The position numbers and the translations under genes were made by a program. A stretch of DNA of 64,000 nucleotides. Source: an uncultured bacterium (GTDB lineage: Bacteria > Armatimonadota > HRBIN16). Of the stretch, positions 31,592-40,805 are shown piece after piece (position 1 is the stretch's first letter; every line of letters starts with the position of its first letter). The DNA lies in contig CALJAP010000021.1 of assembly GCA_938027655.1 (NCBI GenBank), positions 15,879 through 79,878 on the forward strand, given 5' to 3'. The notes beneath the pieces are model-generated. The model had not been told where the DNA came from and did not search any database. It was given only the letters and a program-made list of their open reading frames with translations.

Positions 31592-33649
31592 TTGAAAAGA
31601 GGTCAAGTACTCGGCGTATCGGGTAGCCAGAAATCCGTGCAGGAATCACCCGCCAGCCTGTGTAATGCCCTCATCAGGAAAAAGATGCGTGCACAATGTC
31701 CACCCAATCTGTCCTTTACCCGCGACACGCTCCATCGGATAGAAGCCTCGTGTCGAAGAGAGTGGCTGTTGACCAACGGCATCGGAGGCTTCGCGTGCAG
31801 CACCATCGCTGGATTGCGCACGCGACGCTACCATGGGTTGCTCACCGCTGCCACTCCACCCCCTACCGGTAGAGTGCTGGTGCTGGCGGAAGTGGAGGCG
31901 TGGGTGGATGTCGATTCTCAAAGCCACCCGATTTCCAGCCACCTGTACCACGGCGCCATTCACCCGAACGGCATCCACCACCTGCAACGGTTTAGCTTGC
32001 ATCCTTGCCCTGCCCATTTATACACGGTGGGCAACGTCGTGATTCAACGACAGGTGTGGCTGGTTCCGTATCATAACGCGGTCGTGGTGCGCTACACTCT
32101 GCTCTCGAGGCAGAGGACAGTGCGGCTACATCTGATCCCCCTATTCGCCTGTCGCGACTACCACACGCTCACACACGCCAATGACGCCCTGAATCCGTAC
32201 GCCGAAGAGTTGGCGTCTGGGGTGTATCTGTTGACACCGTACCCTGGCTTTCCCGCTGTTTACCTGCGTACCGGCGACGCTCACTTGATCGCGCGTCCCG
32301 ACTGGTACTACGCCTTCCACTACCCCGCGGAAACCGAGCGCGGACTGGACGATACAGAAGACCTGTGGACGCCCGGCACGCTGGTTTGCGACCTGCAGCG
32401 CGGTCAAAGCGTCACCGTTGCGGTATCGCTGGAGCCCTTTGTGGAGATGCCTGCGAAGCCGCCCGAAGAGCAGGAGGTGCCGCCTCCATTCTGCGAGCAT
32501 CCGCTGGCGAGCGCGCTGTGGTGTGCGGCAGAGCAGTTTGTTATCCACCGCCCACAGGGCACGAGTATCGTTGCGGGATACCCCTGGTTTACCGACTGGG
32601 GGCGCGATGCGATGATTTCCCTGCGCGGTATCTTGCTGGTGCGAAATCGTTACGAACAGGCGCGAGAGGTGTTGAGCCTTTTTGCTGGATACATGCACGA
32701 TGGGCTGATTCCCAATCGCTTCCCGGATGCAGGCGAAGAGCCGGAATATCACGCCGCCGATGCCACGCTGTGGTTTGCCTGGATGGCGGACTGTTATCGG
32801 CGGGAGACGGGCGACGAGCGGTTCTTCAGGGAGGAGATATACCCCCGTCTGCGGGAGTGTTTACAGGCATATCGCGAGGGCACGCGCTTCGGTATCCGAG
32901 TGGACCCTGCGGACGGCATCTTGCGCGTGGGTGAACCCGGCTGGCAAGTCACCTGGATGGATGCGAAGGTGGGCGATTGGGTGGTTACCCCGCGCGAGGG
33001 CAAGCCGGTGGAAATCGCCGCTTTGTGGTTGCAGTTTCTGCAGGTGCTCGCTGAGGCGGCGCAACGCTACGGCGACGCAGCTACCGCTTCGGCGGCTGGT
33101 GACTTGTTGAGACAGGCGCGTGAGGCGTTCATGAGCGCGTTCTGGATTGCGGAGCTGCATTATCTCGCCGATGTGGTAGATGACCGGGGCAGGCAAGATT
33201 GCCGTTTGCGCCCCAACCAGCTGATTGCGCTGGCAATACCACAGCCTCCTGTTCCGCGCGAGTTGGCAAGACAGGTGGTGCGTACTGTGGAACGTCACCT
33301 GCTCACTCCGTATGGATTGCGCACGCTGGCCCCTTTCGACCCTGAATATCGCGGGCATTATGGAGGCGATGTCACCACCCGCGACAGCGCGTATCATCAG
33401 GGTACAGTGTGGACGTGGCTGCTGGGACCCTACGCGGATGCGGTGCTCTTCACCTCCGGCAGAACGCCGGCTACCCTTTCGCATCTGCGCAGTTTGCTGA
33501 AGCCCTTCGAAAAGCACCTGCGCGATGTCGGATTGGGCACGGTATCCGAAATCTTCGACGGCGACCCTCCTCATCATCCGCGCGGCTGTTTCGCGCAGGC
33601 ATGGAGCGTCGCGGAGCTGCTTCGAATATGGCACGTAACGACCCTCTAG
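31592..33649 (+). CDS. Glycogen debranching enzyme (amylo-alpha-1,6-glucosidase, GDE_C family)
   Basis: SIVAGYPWFTDWGRDAMISLRGI matches the amylo-alpha-1,6-glucosidase domain signature. The true start may be an internal Met around 31688. Confidence 0.75.
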   Translation: MKRGQVLGVSGSQKSVQESPASLCNALIRKKMRAQCPPNLSFTRDTLHRIEASCRREWLLTNGIGGFACSTIAGLRTRRYHGLLTAATPPPTGRVLVLAEVEAWVDVDSQSHPISSHLYHGAIHPNGIHHLQRFSLHPCPAHLYTVGNVVIQRQVWLVPYHNAVVVRYTLLSRQRTVRLHLIPLFACRDYHTLTHANDALNPYAEELASGVYLLTPYPGFPAVYLRTGDAHLIARPDWYYAFHYPAETERGLDDTEDLWTPGTLVCDLQRGQSVTVAVSLEPFVEMPAKPPEEQEVPPPFCEHPLASALWCAAEQFVIHRPQGTSIVAGYPWFTDWGRDAMISLRGILLVRNRYEQAREVLSLFAGYMHDGLIPNRFPDAGEEPEYHAADATLWFAWMADCYRRETGDERFFREEIYPRLRECLQAYREGTRFGIRVDPADGILRVGEPGWQVTWMDAKVGDWVVTPREGKPVEIAALWLQFLQVLAEAAQRYGDAATASAAGDLLRQAREAFMSAFWIAELHYLADVVDDRGRQDCRLRPNQLIALAIPQPPVPRELARQVVRTVERHLLTPYGLRTLAPFDPEYRGHYGGDVTTRDSAYHQGTVWTWLLGPYADAVLFTSGRTPATLSHLRSLLKPFEKHLRDVGLGTVSEIFDGDPPHHPRGCFAQAWSVAELLRIWHVTTL

Positions 33650-34353
33650 CTCAGGCGACGCAGGATACACAGCGGGGTCTGCTGACTGCCCTGTCCCAGC
33701 GGGTTATCGCGAAACAGCTCCGTGACCAGCGTGCGGTTCAGCCCGCGGCTGGCGCCCAGCACCTCCACACCCAAATCGTTGGCGTCCACAATAGCGACGG
33801 GCACACCTATTTCGTCCGCAATATCCTGAGCCACTTTGTCGGGATTCTTCGGAGCCAGCGACGCATAGCGGTTATATGGCGGCAGAGTGTAGGGTGTGGG
33901 ACCGTCTATCGCCGCCACACTGCGCCCCGCGATGCGGTAGAACATCCCGCGGATACCCAGCGGCTTGGTGATCGCCGCCACCGCCGCCGCCAGCAGAATG
34001 CGCCATACTCCTGCCTCGCGCAGTGCCAGCTCCATCGTTACCGGACTGCCAATGCCGATGCCGTGCGGCGTTTTGGTGACGTAACGGCTGAGCCAGCGAG
34101 CCAGAGGGCGGGGCTGGAGCTCGTCTATCGGAAAAGCCCTCCTCTGGCATATCGCGACGACCTTCTCGCTTATTGCCAGAATATCGCCCGGTTGGAGATG
34201 AGGTCCGGCGTACTGCCGAACGATTGCTACGATGTCTTCCCCGGTCTGCACCACGTGTGTGCGTACCGGATAGCGTGCCCATTCCTGCCCTTCAAACAGG
34301 CGCGTGAGCTCTTTGCCAGGGTTCGGTGACCATTGCATGTTCACACACCTCAT
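33646..34353 (-). CDS. CofE-like F420-0:gamma-glutamyl ligase family protein
   Basis: DILAISEKVVAICQRRAF and the C-terminal GVPVAIVDANDLG resemble the F420-ligase fold. Confidence 0.5.
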   Translation of the reverse strand: MRCVNMQWSPNPGKELTRLFEGQEWARYPVRTHVVQTGEDIVAIVRQYAGPHLQPGDILAISEKVVAICQRRAFPIDELQPRPLARWLSRYVTKTPHGIGIGSPVTMELALREAGVWRILLAAAVAAITKPLGIRGMFYRIAGRSVAAIDGPTPYTLPPYNRYASLAPKNPDKVAQDIADEIGVPVAIVDANDLGVEVLGASRGLNRTLVTELFRDNPLGQGSQQTPLCILRRLS

Positions 34354-34604
34354 CGATTACATCTTACATCCCGCGCTTTTTAGTGTTTCCACACACAAAC
34401 GGAACTCACAGATACGGTTTGACATCTATGTATAGTGAAATGTCACCGGTGTATAGCATCCGTCTCCGGCGTATTCCTCGTGACATTACCGGTTTGTGTC
34501 GGTCTACGATTGACACGCGCAAACGTGCTGTAAAACAGGCACTGATTATGGAATATTCCCTCTGGAGGCGGCGCGAAAAACGGAAAAGGAGCTAAAAGGA
34601 GCAA

Positions 34605-34880
34605 ATGAGTACCATGGCTACACCGAAGCATAAAGGTTCTGACGAGCGCTCGGTTAAGCTGACAAAGCGCGAGATTGAGGTGCTGTCGCTGATTATTGAG
34701 GGGCGCTCCAGCAAGGAGGTCGCGGACCTTCTGTTTGTCAGCAAGCGCACCGTGGATTTCCATCTCGCCAACATTTACGACAAACTGCAGGTATCGAACC
34801 GTGTTCAGGCTTTCCGGCGTGCCGCCAGCCTCGGTTTGATACCCTTCGATACTCACAAAGCGCCTTACGCCGAGTCCTGA
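34605..34880 (+). CDS. Small LuxR/GerE-family HTH transcriptional regulator
   Basis: LTKREIEVLSLIIEGRSSKEVADLLFVSKRTVDFHLANIYDKLQV is a canonical LuxR-type HTH. The product is 91 aa. Confidence 0.8.
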   Translation: MSTMATPKHKGSDERSVKLTKREIEVLSLIIEGRSSKEVADLLFVSKRTVDFHLANIYDKLQVSNRVQAFRRAASLGLIPFDTHKAPYAES

Positions 34881-34933
34881 GAGCTCCCTCTCGGTAGCCT
34901 TTTGGCAACACAGTGACCGGTGCAGCAAACCGG

Positions 34934-35542
34934 TCACTGTTGCTTTCGATATGCACGCACCATCTCCACGAAATAGCCATGCAACCGCAAATCCTCCGTC
35001 AGCTCCGGATGGAACGCGCCGCCCAGCAGGTTTTTCTGCTGCACCAGCACAATCTTGCCGTTCAGGCTCGCCAGCACTTCGACGTTCTCGCCAACGCGGG
35101 TCACGTAAGGCGCACGAATGAACACCGCCCGAAGCGGAGGCTCACCCAGTTTGGGCACGGGCAGGTCTATCTCGAAGCTGTCTACCTGCCTGCCGAAGGC
35201 GTTACGTGCCACCGCCACGTTCAACAATCCCAGCCTGGGCTGCTGGGGGTAGCCTTCAATCTCCCGTGCCATCACAATTAACCCGGCGCAGGTTCCGTAC
35301 ACAGGCATCCCTTGCTCTGCCCGCTGCCGCAGGAGCGTGTCCAGTCCGTACCGCTGCAACAACTTCATGATAGTCGTGCTTTCGCCGCCCGGGATGATTA
35401 AGCCGTCCACCTCTTGCAGCTGCTGTATGGTGCGCACCTCCTGCGCGTGCACACCGCATCGTTGCAGTGTGCGCAGGTGCGCCTCAAAATCGCCCTGTAG
35501 CGCCAGTACCCCGACCGTTAAAGGCTTGTGTTCCCGTTCCAT
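34934..35542 (-). CDS. pdxT: Pyridoxal 5'-phosphate synthase glutaminase subunit PdxT
   Basis: VGVLALQGDFEAH, GLIIPGGESTT and TCAGLI catalytic Cys motifs. Confidence 0.9.
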   Translation of the reverse strand: MEREHKPLTVGVLALQGDFEAHLRTLQRCGVHAQEVRTIQQLQEVDGLIIPGGESTTIMKLLQRYGLDTLLRQRAEQGMPVYGTCAGLIVMAREIEGYPQQPRLGLLNVAVARNAFGRQVDSFEIDLPVPKLGEPPLRAVFIRAPYVTRVGENVEVLASLNGKIVLVQQKNLLGGAFHPELTEDLRLHGYFVEMVRAYRKQQ

Positions 35543-35544
35543 CT

Positions 35545-36711
35545 TTACCGTTCTGCCTGCAAGAGCGGTGGCTCAACATGCGTATTCTCAGGGGCTGTCT
35601 CGTGCCCGCTCTCGACCATATCCTGAACGAACCTCTTTCGCAGCACATCGACAGGAAACATCGTCCCCTCCCGCTTATCGTAAAAGTACCAGTGCTCCCA
35701 TCCATTGCAGGGAGCTCCTGTAATCAGGCGACCCATCTGGTGGATGGAGCCTTGCTCTTTGCCCATGCGGATATGTCCGTTCGCCAGCACCGTTGCCTGC
35801 AGCTCTCTCTTTGCCTGAAAGAACAGTGTTTCCCCCGGCGCGATGTAGCCGTTCTCCACCAGTGCCCCGAAGGGCACTCTCTTCGTTTTGTGGACTGGCG
35901 TTGATGCAGGTTCTATGGCTTCAAACAAGACAGGCAGCACCCGGTCAATACGCTCTCTGGCGACGGCGACATAACGCGGGTCGCGCTCGATGCCTATCCA
36001 GTTCCTGTGCAGGCGTTTGGCAACTGCTCCGGTGGTACCCGTACCGAAGAACGGGTCGAGTACCACATCACCTGCGTCCGTGCTGGACAGGATGACCCTG
36101 TACAGCAACGCTTCAGGCTTCTGGGTAGAGTGCGCTTTCTCCCTATTGATACGGATTCGCTCGCTTCCTGTGCAAATGGGGATGCACCAGTCGCTGCGCA
36201 TCTGCAAGCCATCGTTCAGCGCTTTCATGTCGTGATAGTTGAAGGTGTACTTCGCGCCCTTCACCTTCTGCGCCCAGATGAGCGTTTCATGCGCGTTCGC
36301 AAAGCGTACCCCCCTGAACTGCGGCATCGGGTTGGTCTTCACCCACACGATGTCGTTCAGTATCCAGAAGCCCAGGTCCATCAGAATCTTACCGATTCGG
36401 TAGATGTTGTGGTAGGTTCCGATGACCCAGAGTGTGCCTGTGTCTTTCAAGACGCGCCGCGCGGCGGACAGCCATGCTTCGGTAAACCGGTCGTAGTCGG
36501 CTAGGCTCTGGAACCTGTCCCATTCGTCGTCCACGCCGTCCACAACGGTCATGTTGGGGCGGTACAGCTCCTGACGAATCTGCAAGTTGTACGGCGGGTC
36601 GGCGAAGACCATATCCACGCACCCCTCCGGCAGACCCTGCATCACCTGTATGCAGTCGCCCACCAGTATCTGGTTCAGCGGTAATCTCGCCATGTTTGTT
36701 TCCGTATTCAT
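35545..36711 (-). CDS. ccrM: CcrM-like N6-adenine DNA methyltransferase (beta-class; GANTC specificity predicted by homology)
   Basis: DMVFADPPYNLQ (motif IV) and VLDPFFGTGTTGAVAKRL (motif I). The roughly 90-aa C-terminal extension ...GSIHQMGRLITGAPCNGWEHWYF... is characteristic of CcrM. No cognate restriction endonuclease lies nearby. Confidence 0.8.
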   Translation of the reverse strand: MNTETNMARLPLNQILVGDCIQVMQGLPEGCVDMVFADPPYNLQIRQELYRPNMTVVDGVDDEWDRFQSLADYDRFTEAWLSAARRVLKDTGTLWVIGTYHNIYRIGKILMDLGFWILNDIVWVKTNPMPQFRGVRFANAHETLIWAQKVKGAKYTFNYHDMKALNDGLQMRSDWCIPICTGSERIRINREKAHSTQKPEALLYRVILSSTDAGDVVLDPFFGTGTTGAVAKRLHRNWIGIERDPRYVAVARERIDRVLPVLFEAIEPASTPVHKTKRVPFGALVENGYIAPGETLFFQAKRELQATVLANGHIRMGKEQGSIHQMGRLITGAPCNGWEHWYFYDKREGTMFPVDVLRKRFVQDMVESGHETAPENTHVEPPLLQAER

Positions 36712-36736
36712 GATACCCCAGAAACCCTTGAGGCGT

Positions 36737-38134
36737 TCACTGTATCCGCTGAATGGCTATCGGGCCAAACACCGGCACTGCCATGTCCGCTTCATCTACC
36801 ACGTTGCAATAGGGGTCAATGCCAAAGCCGTACCACAGGGTGGCGTTTTGCGGACAGGTTTCGGTAAGGTGCAATAAGATGTCGGTCGGCGAGGCTTTAT
36901 CCACCTCCATCTTGTAGATAATACGATAGGGGTGGTGCTGTGCGCTGCGGATGGAAAAACCGGAGATTCTGCCGGCTGCCGTCAGCCTACCGTTCACCTC
37001 CATAAAACGCACGCGGATGCGAGTGCCCTCCGGGTTATCCACGAATGCCCCTGCCGGGCGGGGTCCCTTCTGGATATCGCTTCGCCCGAACAGCTCTCTC
37101 AACGCGATATTTGCCAGACGCTTCCCCAATCGCTTTAGCCCCTGCGTGCCGACATGGATGAGGTCATCCAGCTCTAGGTCTACCGATGCAACCACCGCCG
37201 TGTTGGGTATCTGCTCGGCGAGGCGACGCTGCATATCCTGCACCTGATTCCACGCGAGCTCGCCTTCCTCCGGCATTGCCACCACGAACCGCCCGATTTG
37301 CACCGTGTAGAACGGCAGGTTCGGGTCGCCAAAATCGGTGCGGACGCTTTGCACGAGATGGGTAAATCGCTCGGCAAACAGCGGAGCATCGTTCGGGTTG
37401 GCGTCGCTTTCCCCCTGATACCAAAGCAGACCTTTCACCTTGCCGCCAACGGCATTCACGCGCCTCAACATGGAGCCATACAGCGAGCCGCCGCCAAGAT
37501 GGGCTAAGTCCGGGCTCCACTGCGACAGTGAGGTGCCGCCATGCGCACAGGGGATGAGACCCACCGGCACGCCGGTCGCCTCTACCATTGCCTTCGCAAA
37601 GGTTAAGCCTAACCCTGCTCCCTTGTTGCGGGTGCGGTGCCATTCTGCGTGTTGTTCGTCGCCGGGGATGACGCCGTTCGGATTATGCACCGAATCGATA
37701 GAGCAACACAGCCAGTGCAGCGGCTCCTGCGCCATCTCCCAGCTCTCCGCCATTGTATAGCTGTGTACCAGAGGATGCGGCGTTTCCACATCCACCAGGT
37801 CGCCCACGCCTTCCATGTTGGACTGCCCGGCAAGCACCCACAGGTCGCCCACCAGCACCTCTTTGACTTCGACAATCTCTTCTGGCTGGCGACGCAGGCG
37901 AAAGCGTAATGTATAGGCGCCGCCGGTTTGCAGGTGGAGAGAAGCCTGCCACTGCCCCCCCTCCGCTTTGCCTGCCTCTGTCCAGTTCTGGACAGAACCA
38001 TCCGGTTTGACAATCTGTGCTTCTACCGCGTCTGCTGTGTCCGTATGACACCGCCCGCTAACGGCTACAACTGCTTGCTCTCGTTCATCACGTTGAAATA
38101 CCTGATAGTCAACCGCTCCGTGTTCTATCTGCAA
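36737..38134 (-). CDS. Sialate O-acetylesterase-like SGNH hydrolase (SASA/DUF303 family)
   Basis: VLVGDLWVLAGQSNMEGVG motif of the SASA family. Confidence 0.6.
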   Translation of the reverse strand: MQIEHGAVDYQVFQRDEREQAVVAVSGRCHTDTADAVEAQIVKPDGSVQNWTEAGKAEGGQWQASLHLQTGGAYTLRFRLRRQPEEIVEVKEVLVGDLWVLAGQSNMEGVGDLVDVETPHPLVHSYTMAESWEMAQEPLHWLCCSIDSVHNPNGVIPGDEQHAEWHRTRNKGAGLGLTFAKAMVEATGVPVGLIPCAHGGTSLSQWSPDLAHLGGGSLYGSMLRRVNAVGGKVKGLLWYQGESDANPNDAPLFAERFTHLVQSVRTDFGDPNLPFYTVQIGRFVVAMPEEGELAWNQVQDMQRRLAEQIPNTAVVASVDLELDDLIHVGTQGLKRLGKRLANIALRELFGRSDIQKGPRPAGAFVDNPEGTRIRVRFMEVNGRLTAAGRISGFSIRSAQHHPYRIIYKMEVDKASPTDILLHLTETCPQNATLWYGFGIDPYCNVVDEADMAVPVFGPIAIQRIQ

Positions 38135-38534
38135 CGTCGGTTCCTCCTGTCGTCCGGTTACTATCTGTTTTCCGCAGCAGATGGGCAGCTACCTGCCTTA
38201 TGTGAGACTGCTTGACGTTGAAGCGTGGAGAGCGTATCGTAAGGAAGGAGAATACTTAGGAGATGCCGGAAAGCACGCTGGAAAGAAAGTTGCAGGCTGA
38301 ATGCAGCGGTTCACTGCATGTGTACCGAGGGCACGAGATGGGCGAAGGAGCTGCTGCGCGAGCACGCCGTACGGATGGACTGGAGCTACTTGCGCCAGCG
38401 GGCACGGGTTGGCGAAGGCATGTCCAGCGCCAGCGAAAACGTGTATCTTCATTTTCGTGAATGCGGGGCAGGAGAACGGGGTGCAGGAGCAGGAATCCTT
38501 ACAAAGCTCCAATACGAGGGAAGGGTCTATTGGT

Positions 38535-39131
38535 ATGGCAGCTTTCTGGCGCCGGTGGCTAGGGCGCAAGCAGGTTGTCCTCTCTTTGGGCAAAGGTGCG
38601 GAGATCCGCCAGCTGACCCTGCAAGATGCTCCGGCGTTGTTCGACCTGACCGTGCGCAACCGCGAACGCTTGCGTCGCTGGATGAGCTGGGTGGATTTCG
38701 TGCGCAGTGAGGAGGATACGCGGGGCTTTATTCGCGAGTCGTTACGCAAATTTCGTTCAGCACGCAGCCTGCAGATGGGGATATGGTGGAACGGTAGCCT
38801 GGTAGGTACGGTTGGGCTGTTTCGCACTGCCAGCGCGGAGCAGGAGGCGGAAATCGGCTACTGGATCGATGAGGCGGCAGAAGGACAGGGGTTGGTAACC
38901 CGCGCCACACGAGAACTGGTTCGTTACGCCTTTGAGCAGTGGCAGGTGCCGGCGGTGCGCATTCGTGTGGAGCCCGAAAACGTCCGCAGTCGCGCTATCC
39001 CTGAGCGGTTGGGCTTTCGCCTGCGCGGGGAGGTAACAGAGGACTGGGCGGACGGCAGCCAACGCACTTTGCTGATATATGTGATGCGTGTCTCCGAGTT
39101 TCATGATCAGCACACAGAAGAACACGGGTGA
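38535..39131 (+). CDS. GNAT-family N-acetyltransferase (RimJ/RimL-like)
   Basis: GTVGLFRTASAEQEAEIGYWIDEAAEGQGLVTRATRELVRYAFE. The start is probably ATG at 38535 (RBS GAGGGAAGGG). The track ORF begins upstream at 38301. Confidence 0.75.
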   Translation: MAAFWRRWLGRKQVVLSLGKGAEIRQLTLQDAPALFDLTVRNRERLRRWMSWVDFVRSEEDTRGFIRESLRKFRSARSLQMGIWWNGSLVGTVGLFRTASAEQEAEIGYWIDEAAEGQGLVTRATRELVRYAFEQWQVPAVRIRVEPENVRSRAIPERLGFRLRGEVTEDWADGSQRTLLIYVMRVSEFHDQHTEEHG

Positions 39132-39160
39132 GACGGATTGATGCGGATTGCCCAACCGTC

Positions 39161-39456
39161 TTCATCCGTATGCTATTTCCCGGAAGGACACGGATTGACA
39201 CAGATGAGACGAATTGGCACAGATACTATCCGTGTTCATCCGTTGCATCGGTGTTTATCCGTGTGCTATTTCCCGGAAGGACACGGATTGACACAGATGA
39301 GACGGACCGGCACAGATACTGTCCGTGTTCATTCGTTGCATCGGTGTTTATCCGTGTGCTATTTCCCGCAAGGACACGGATTGACACAGATGAGACGGAG
39401 CGGCACAGATACTATCCGTGTTCATCCGTTGCATCGGTGTTTATCCGTGTGCTATC
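39161..39456 (+). repeat. 93-bp tandem direct repeat, about 3.2 copies, each unit a strong hairpin
   Basis: Unit TTATCCGTGTGCTATTTCCCGGAAGGACACGGATTGACACAGATGAGACGGACCGGCACAGATACTGTCCGTGTTCATTCGTTGCATCGGTGT contains the stem ATCCGTGT/ACACGGAT. Copies are 90-95 % identical. Confidence 0.85.
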
Positions 39457-39475
39457 AAGCCGTGAGGAGGTTCTC

Positions 39476-39856
39476 ATGCTACACAAACAGTTGACCAACA
39501 AAATCATCGCTGCATTCTACAAGGTGTACAACACACTGGGGTACGGCTTTCTGGAAAAAGTGTATGAGAACGCGCTCGCCCACGAGCTGCGTCAGCAAGG
39601 TTTGGATATACGTCAACAGATGCCTATCAAAGTGTATTATGACGGTCAGGTGGTAGGAGAGTATGTCGCTGATTTATGCGTAGAGGGATGCGTGATCGTG
39701 GAGATTAAAGCGGCAGAGTCGTTATGTCCTGAGCACGAAGCACAGCTGCTCAACTATCTGAGAGCCACCGAGATAGAAGTTGGATTGCTGTGCAATTTTG
39801 GTCCGCAACCTGTATTCGCTCGAAAAATACTCACCAACGACAGAAAAGAAACCTAA
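39476..39856 (+). CDS. GxxExxY protein (PD-(D/E)XK-like small protein, TIGR04256-type)
   Basis: GYGFLEKVYENAL matches the GxxExxY motif. The product is 126 aa with a strong RBS GGAGG. Local GC is below that of its surroundings. Confidence 0.7.
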   Translation: MLHKQLTNKIIAAFYKVYNTLGYGFLEKVYENALAHELRQQGLDIRQQMPIKVYYDGQVVGEYVADLCVEGCVIVEIKAAESLCPEHEAQLLNYLRATEIEVGLLCNFGPQPVFARKILTNDRKET

Positions 39857-39945
39857 TCCATAAAGGCCTCTTTCCTGAAGCGGCATTTCGCTATTGAAAA
39901 TGTTGGCTTCGCTGGGGTACACTGGGAACACCAGGTAAGCAGGAG

Positions 39946-40740
39946 GTGTCCGCTATCGCACACGTAGCACACGAACATGACGAGGGGCGCAGACGCTTCC
40001 TCAAAGCCTCGGCGCTGGGCATCGCGGCAATCGCCAGCGGTTTGCCTGCCGTCGAGAGCTTGGCAGAAACAACAGGGAACGTTTTCAGACTCAACAGGAG
40101 GATAGGAGCGATGGAGGTTGTGAAGATCGTAGCGAAGCCGCTGCCGGAGAAAGTGTACAACACCGAGAGCGCAGGCATTTCACGCAAGACACACGATGAA
40201 CACTACAAGCTGTATCAGGGCTATGTGAACAAAGCGAATGAGATCCGCGAGAAGCTGGCTGCGTTGGACAAAGACCCGGCAAAGGCGAACCAGACCTATT
40301 CGGACATCCGCGTGCTGAAGGTGGAGTACACCTTTGCGCTGGGCGGCGTGAAGAACCATGAACTGTACTTTGACATTCTGGGTGGCAAAGGCGGCGCGCC
40401 TACGGGACCTGTAGCCGAGGCGATTAACAAGCACTTCGGCTCGTACGAGGCGTGGGCGCAGGACCTGAAAGCGACCGGCATCGCCGCGCGCGGGTGGGTG
40501 TGGCTTGCGCTGGACCACGACGATGGGAGCCTGTTCAACTATATCGGTGACGCGCAGAACACTTTCCCGATATGGAACGCCACGCCCATTCTCGCGCTGG
40601 ACACTTACGAGCATGCCTACTACTACGACTTCCAGACCGCCCGCGCCAAGTACATCGACGCCTTCTTGCAGGTGATCGACTGGGATGCGGTGAACGCACG
40701 GCTGGAACAGGCATTAAAGATGTATAACGCGGGGAGATAA
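39946..40740 (+). CDS. sodA: Fe/Mn superoxide dismutase with an N-terminal twin-arginine (Tat) signal
   Basis: Tat motif RRRFLKASALGIAAIASG. SOD signatures THDEHYKLYQGYVN, GWVWLALD and DTYEHAYYYDFQTARAKYIDAF are present. The start codon is uncertain; GTG at 39946 is proposed. Confidence 0.8.
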   Translation: MSAIAHVAHEHDEGRRRFLKASALGIAAIASGLPAVESLAETTGNVFRLNRRIGAMEVVKIVAKPLPEKVYNTESAGISRKTHDEHYKLYQGYVNKANEIREKLAALDKDPAKANQTYSDIRVLKVEYTFALGGVKNHELYFDILGGKGGAPTGPVAEAINKHFGSYEAWAQDLKATGIAARGWVWLALDHDDGSLFNYIGDAQNTFPIWNATPILALDTYEHAYYYDFQTARAKYIDAFLQVIDWDAVNARLEQALKMYNAGR

Positions 40741-40805
40741 ACGCAAGCGGGGGCGACCCGCTGGCCGCCCCCTACCCGTAGATATGCACCAGCCCGTGCC
40801 AACCC

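Noticed and set aside
39128-39856. 242-aa ORF fusing the 93-bp repeats to the GxxExxY protein
   Set aside because: A strong RBS plus ATG at 39476 gives a standard-length GxxExxY protein. The upstream part is repeat DNA read in-frame.
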